Source: Callorhinchus milii
Taxonomy: Eukaryota
Reading direction: 5' to 3'
Length of the DNA stretch: 64,000 nt
NCBI RefSeq assembly: GCF_018977255.1
Contig: NW_024704742.1
Span: 124,808,001 to 124,872,000 of the forward strand
In this document: in pieces, positions 61,578 to 64,000 of the stretch
How the letters are laid out: each line of letters opens with the position of its first letter
Position numbering within the stretch: position 1 is the stretch's first letter
Program-made: the position numbers and the translations under genes
Notes under the pieces: model-generated
The model's database searches: none
The model's input: the letters and a program-made list of their open reading frames with translations, nothing else
Told to the model about the DNA's origin: nothing

Positions 61578-63569
61578 ATTCAGAAGACAAATAATTTGCT
61601 TCCTGGGTAGGATGAAGGCTAAACATACAAATTCATACACACAGTTAGACCATTTAACAGTATATCCTGTGAAGTGCTTTGAGACATCCAGATGATGTGT
61701 TAAGATGTTAGATCTAATGCAAGGATTATTATTATCACCATGAATTCATTATTGTCCTTTGAAGTTGAAGAATAATAAAGTATATGGTAAAATATTTTTA
61801 AAATGTTAGTCTGAATAATCACTTAACAAATTACATTTTTACTCAAAAGAATAAATGTTACAATGCTATTGAAACAGTGACCATTCAGCAAATTGTGGTC
61901 TGGACATTGGCCAATCCAACAGACATGTCCAAGGATTTAATGACCTTTTTTATTCCAATGATGATCTGAAAAATAGAAGGCTGCAGAAGATTAAACTGGC
62001 TGGGCCAAATGACCTCTTTTCTCGCCCTGTGAGCCTATATAATTCTGTGTAAATGTCAGTTGCACATCACTCTCTTTATTGCTGTTTAAAATCAAATGTT
62101 TATTATGTTTTGGATTTGCTGCCTGAGATAGGTTATGAAATCTCTGACATTATCTTTCTATCTCCCTCGAACATGCCTTCTGTAGGAACATAGAAACAAT
62201 GCATACACAATGCTTTTAACAAGCATTATCCACAAGTAAAGTTTACAACAATTGCACAAAAATACTATATTAAAATAGTGTATTCGAACATTGCTATTGG
62301 ATTTTTAACAACCATCTGAACAGGCAGATGGGACCTAGTTTTAACAGTTTTAACTTTAAACTGAGTGTCAGTTTAGACTACGAGTTCAAAGTCCCAATGT
62401 GGGGCATGAACCCGCAATCTTCTGCTTCAGATGTGAGAGTACTATCAACTGAGCACTGCTGACATCTATGTTTTACTGGATTATAATAATAATCCTTGCA
62501 TTTAATAATAATCCTTATCACGTTTTCTACACGTCTCAAAGCACTTCACAGAATATACTGGAAAGTGAATAGACTGTATATTTTGTGGGCGAAATAATAC
62601 AGTAAGAAAAGAGATGGGGAGAGGAAAGAATCATAAATAGACATAGTTTAAATGATCATGTTTTTCACAAAATTATTCTGTGCAAAAAAAAGGAAATTGA
62701 AAGTAATTCAGGTGACAAGATTTTGAGGTGAAGCACAGTTTATAGTTGTGAGGTTCCAAAGTAACCTTTTTTCTTGATAGGATCATGTTCTCATTCAGTT
62801 AGTCCCCCAGAACCTCCATCAAATTGCATTGAAAATAATGAGGCTTCTTACAATTTCTGGTTGAAATCCCATTTAAGATGGTGGAAATCTCTGACATTTC
62901 CAGTTAGACATCTCTATTTCTAGCTTGGAGTTAGGGCAAATATTTTAAATCTGTAAATATCTAAAGAAAGCTCTGTTTCCCCAAAAACCTTAAATATTCT
63001 AGAAAGGGAAGAACTGTTCTGAATATTAGTGCTATTAATATTTAATTTCTAAATACATACAAGTACTTAAAAACCTTTGGAATTTCTGTAAACATGAATA
63101 ACTGACATAATATTTTTGCTTTCACAGATATGGAGTCAGGAAGTATGAGGGACAAATGTAATAACAAATATTAATAACATTGGACGCATAGGCTTAAGCA
63201 GAAGAGATGCCTTTAAAGAGTAAAAGGCGATTATGTTAAAGCATAAATGGAGCATTAACATTTTTAAAATCCCCAACAGTCTAATCTAATCTAACCTTGG
63301 TCAATCCAATTTTTTAAAATGTAGGGTAAAGTTTAAAGCAGTCACTTGAATTATTTTTGTCAGCATCTGTTTTTCATGCATTTGTTCAACTTCTAAATAT
63401 CCACATAAAAAGCCAGTGGTTCCCATTTCAAATGGTCCTTCTTTCGCTCTTCACTGCAAAGTTCTGTTTTCCTTTGAAAAATACCTCCCCCTCCTCCCTT
63501 GAGTAAAACAAATGAAAATGTATCATTCGGGAAACTTTCTGGATTTTTACTAGCTTCCTATTACGTACA

Positions 63570-64000
63570 AAGAATGAATTACCACCTGCTGCCTCCATCA
63601 TCCCTCCCCACCCAGCTGCTGGTCAGTCAAGTCCCCTTCCTCTCCCCCCTGCTGGCCGACACAGTCAACCGGTCTCTCTTCTCAGGCTGTGTTCCACTCC
63701 TCCTGAAAATCGCTGTCATCCCACCCTCCTCAAAAAACCCACCCTCAATCTCTCTATTCTCTCACATTACCATCCTATTTCCAACCTGCCCTTCCTTGCT
63801 GAAGTCCTGGAAAGCATTGTTGCAGGTCAACTGCGGTCACACGTCTCACTCTACTCCCTCCTTGAACATCTGCAGTCTGGTTTTTGCTCTACCCACAGCA
63901 CAGAGACAGCGCTTGTCAAAGTCACAAACAATGTCCTCTCTATCTGTGACCGGGGCTGCCTCTGCTTCCTCATTCTCCTGGATCTCTCTGCTGGGTTCGA
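63570..64000 (+). mobile_element. Older L2 ORF2 fragment running off the window
   Basis: Encodes [58 protein letters not shown]. Confidence 0.9.

Noticed and set aside
63110..63175. Possible exon after tttttgctttcacag
   Set aside because: Frames close within a few codons or have no strong donor, and no recognisable peptide.

Overview
This is eukaryotic, AT-rich, CpG-depleted, repeat-dense non-coding DNA (intergenic or a very large intron). I could not support any host protein-coding exon, RNA gene, CRISPR array or prokaryote-type system. The repeat content suggests a cartilaginous fish, plausibly a holocephalan such as Callorhinchus milii; this is an inference from repeat families, not a database match. 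Most of the window is L2-clade LINE fragments of several ages with (TTG)n tails (one very young 2.2 kb copy keeps a nearly intact RT frame), a young tRNA-Ala-headed SINE with a (TTA)n tail, an older Deu-domain SINE, and eroded CR1 3' ends. Less obvious elements read directly from the sequence: a non-autonomous Helitron (48870-49445); a solo LTR (37119-37815); a pogo/Tigger-like non-autonomous element (40752-41600); a palindromic element with hammerhead-like boxes (18761-18986); an unclassified ~500 bp repeat in four copies; three fold-back palindromes; one SINE split by three later insertions; and compensatory base changes in the shared LINE/SINE 3' stem-loop. Boundaries of old repeats are approximate (about +/-20 bp). 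Family names are from recognition by eye and need RepeatMasker/Dfam confirmation.
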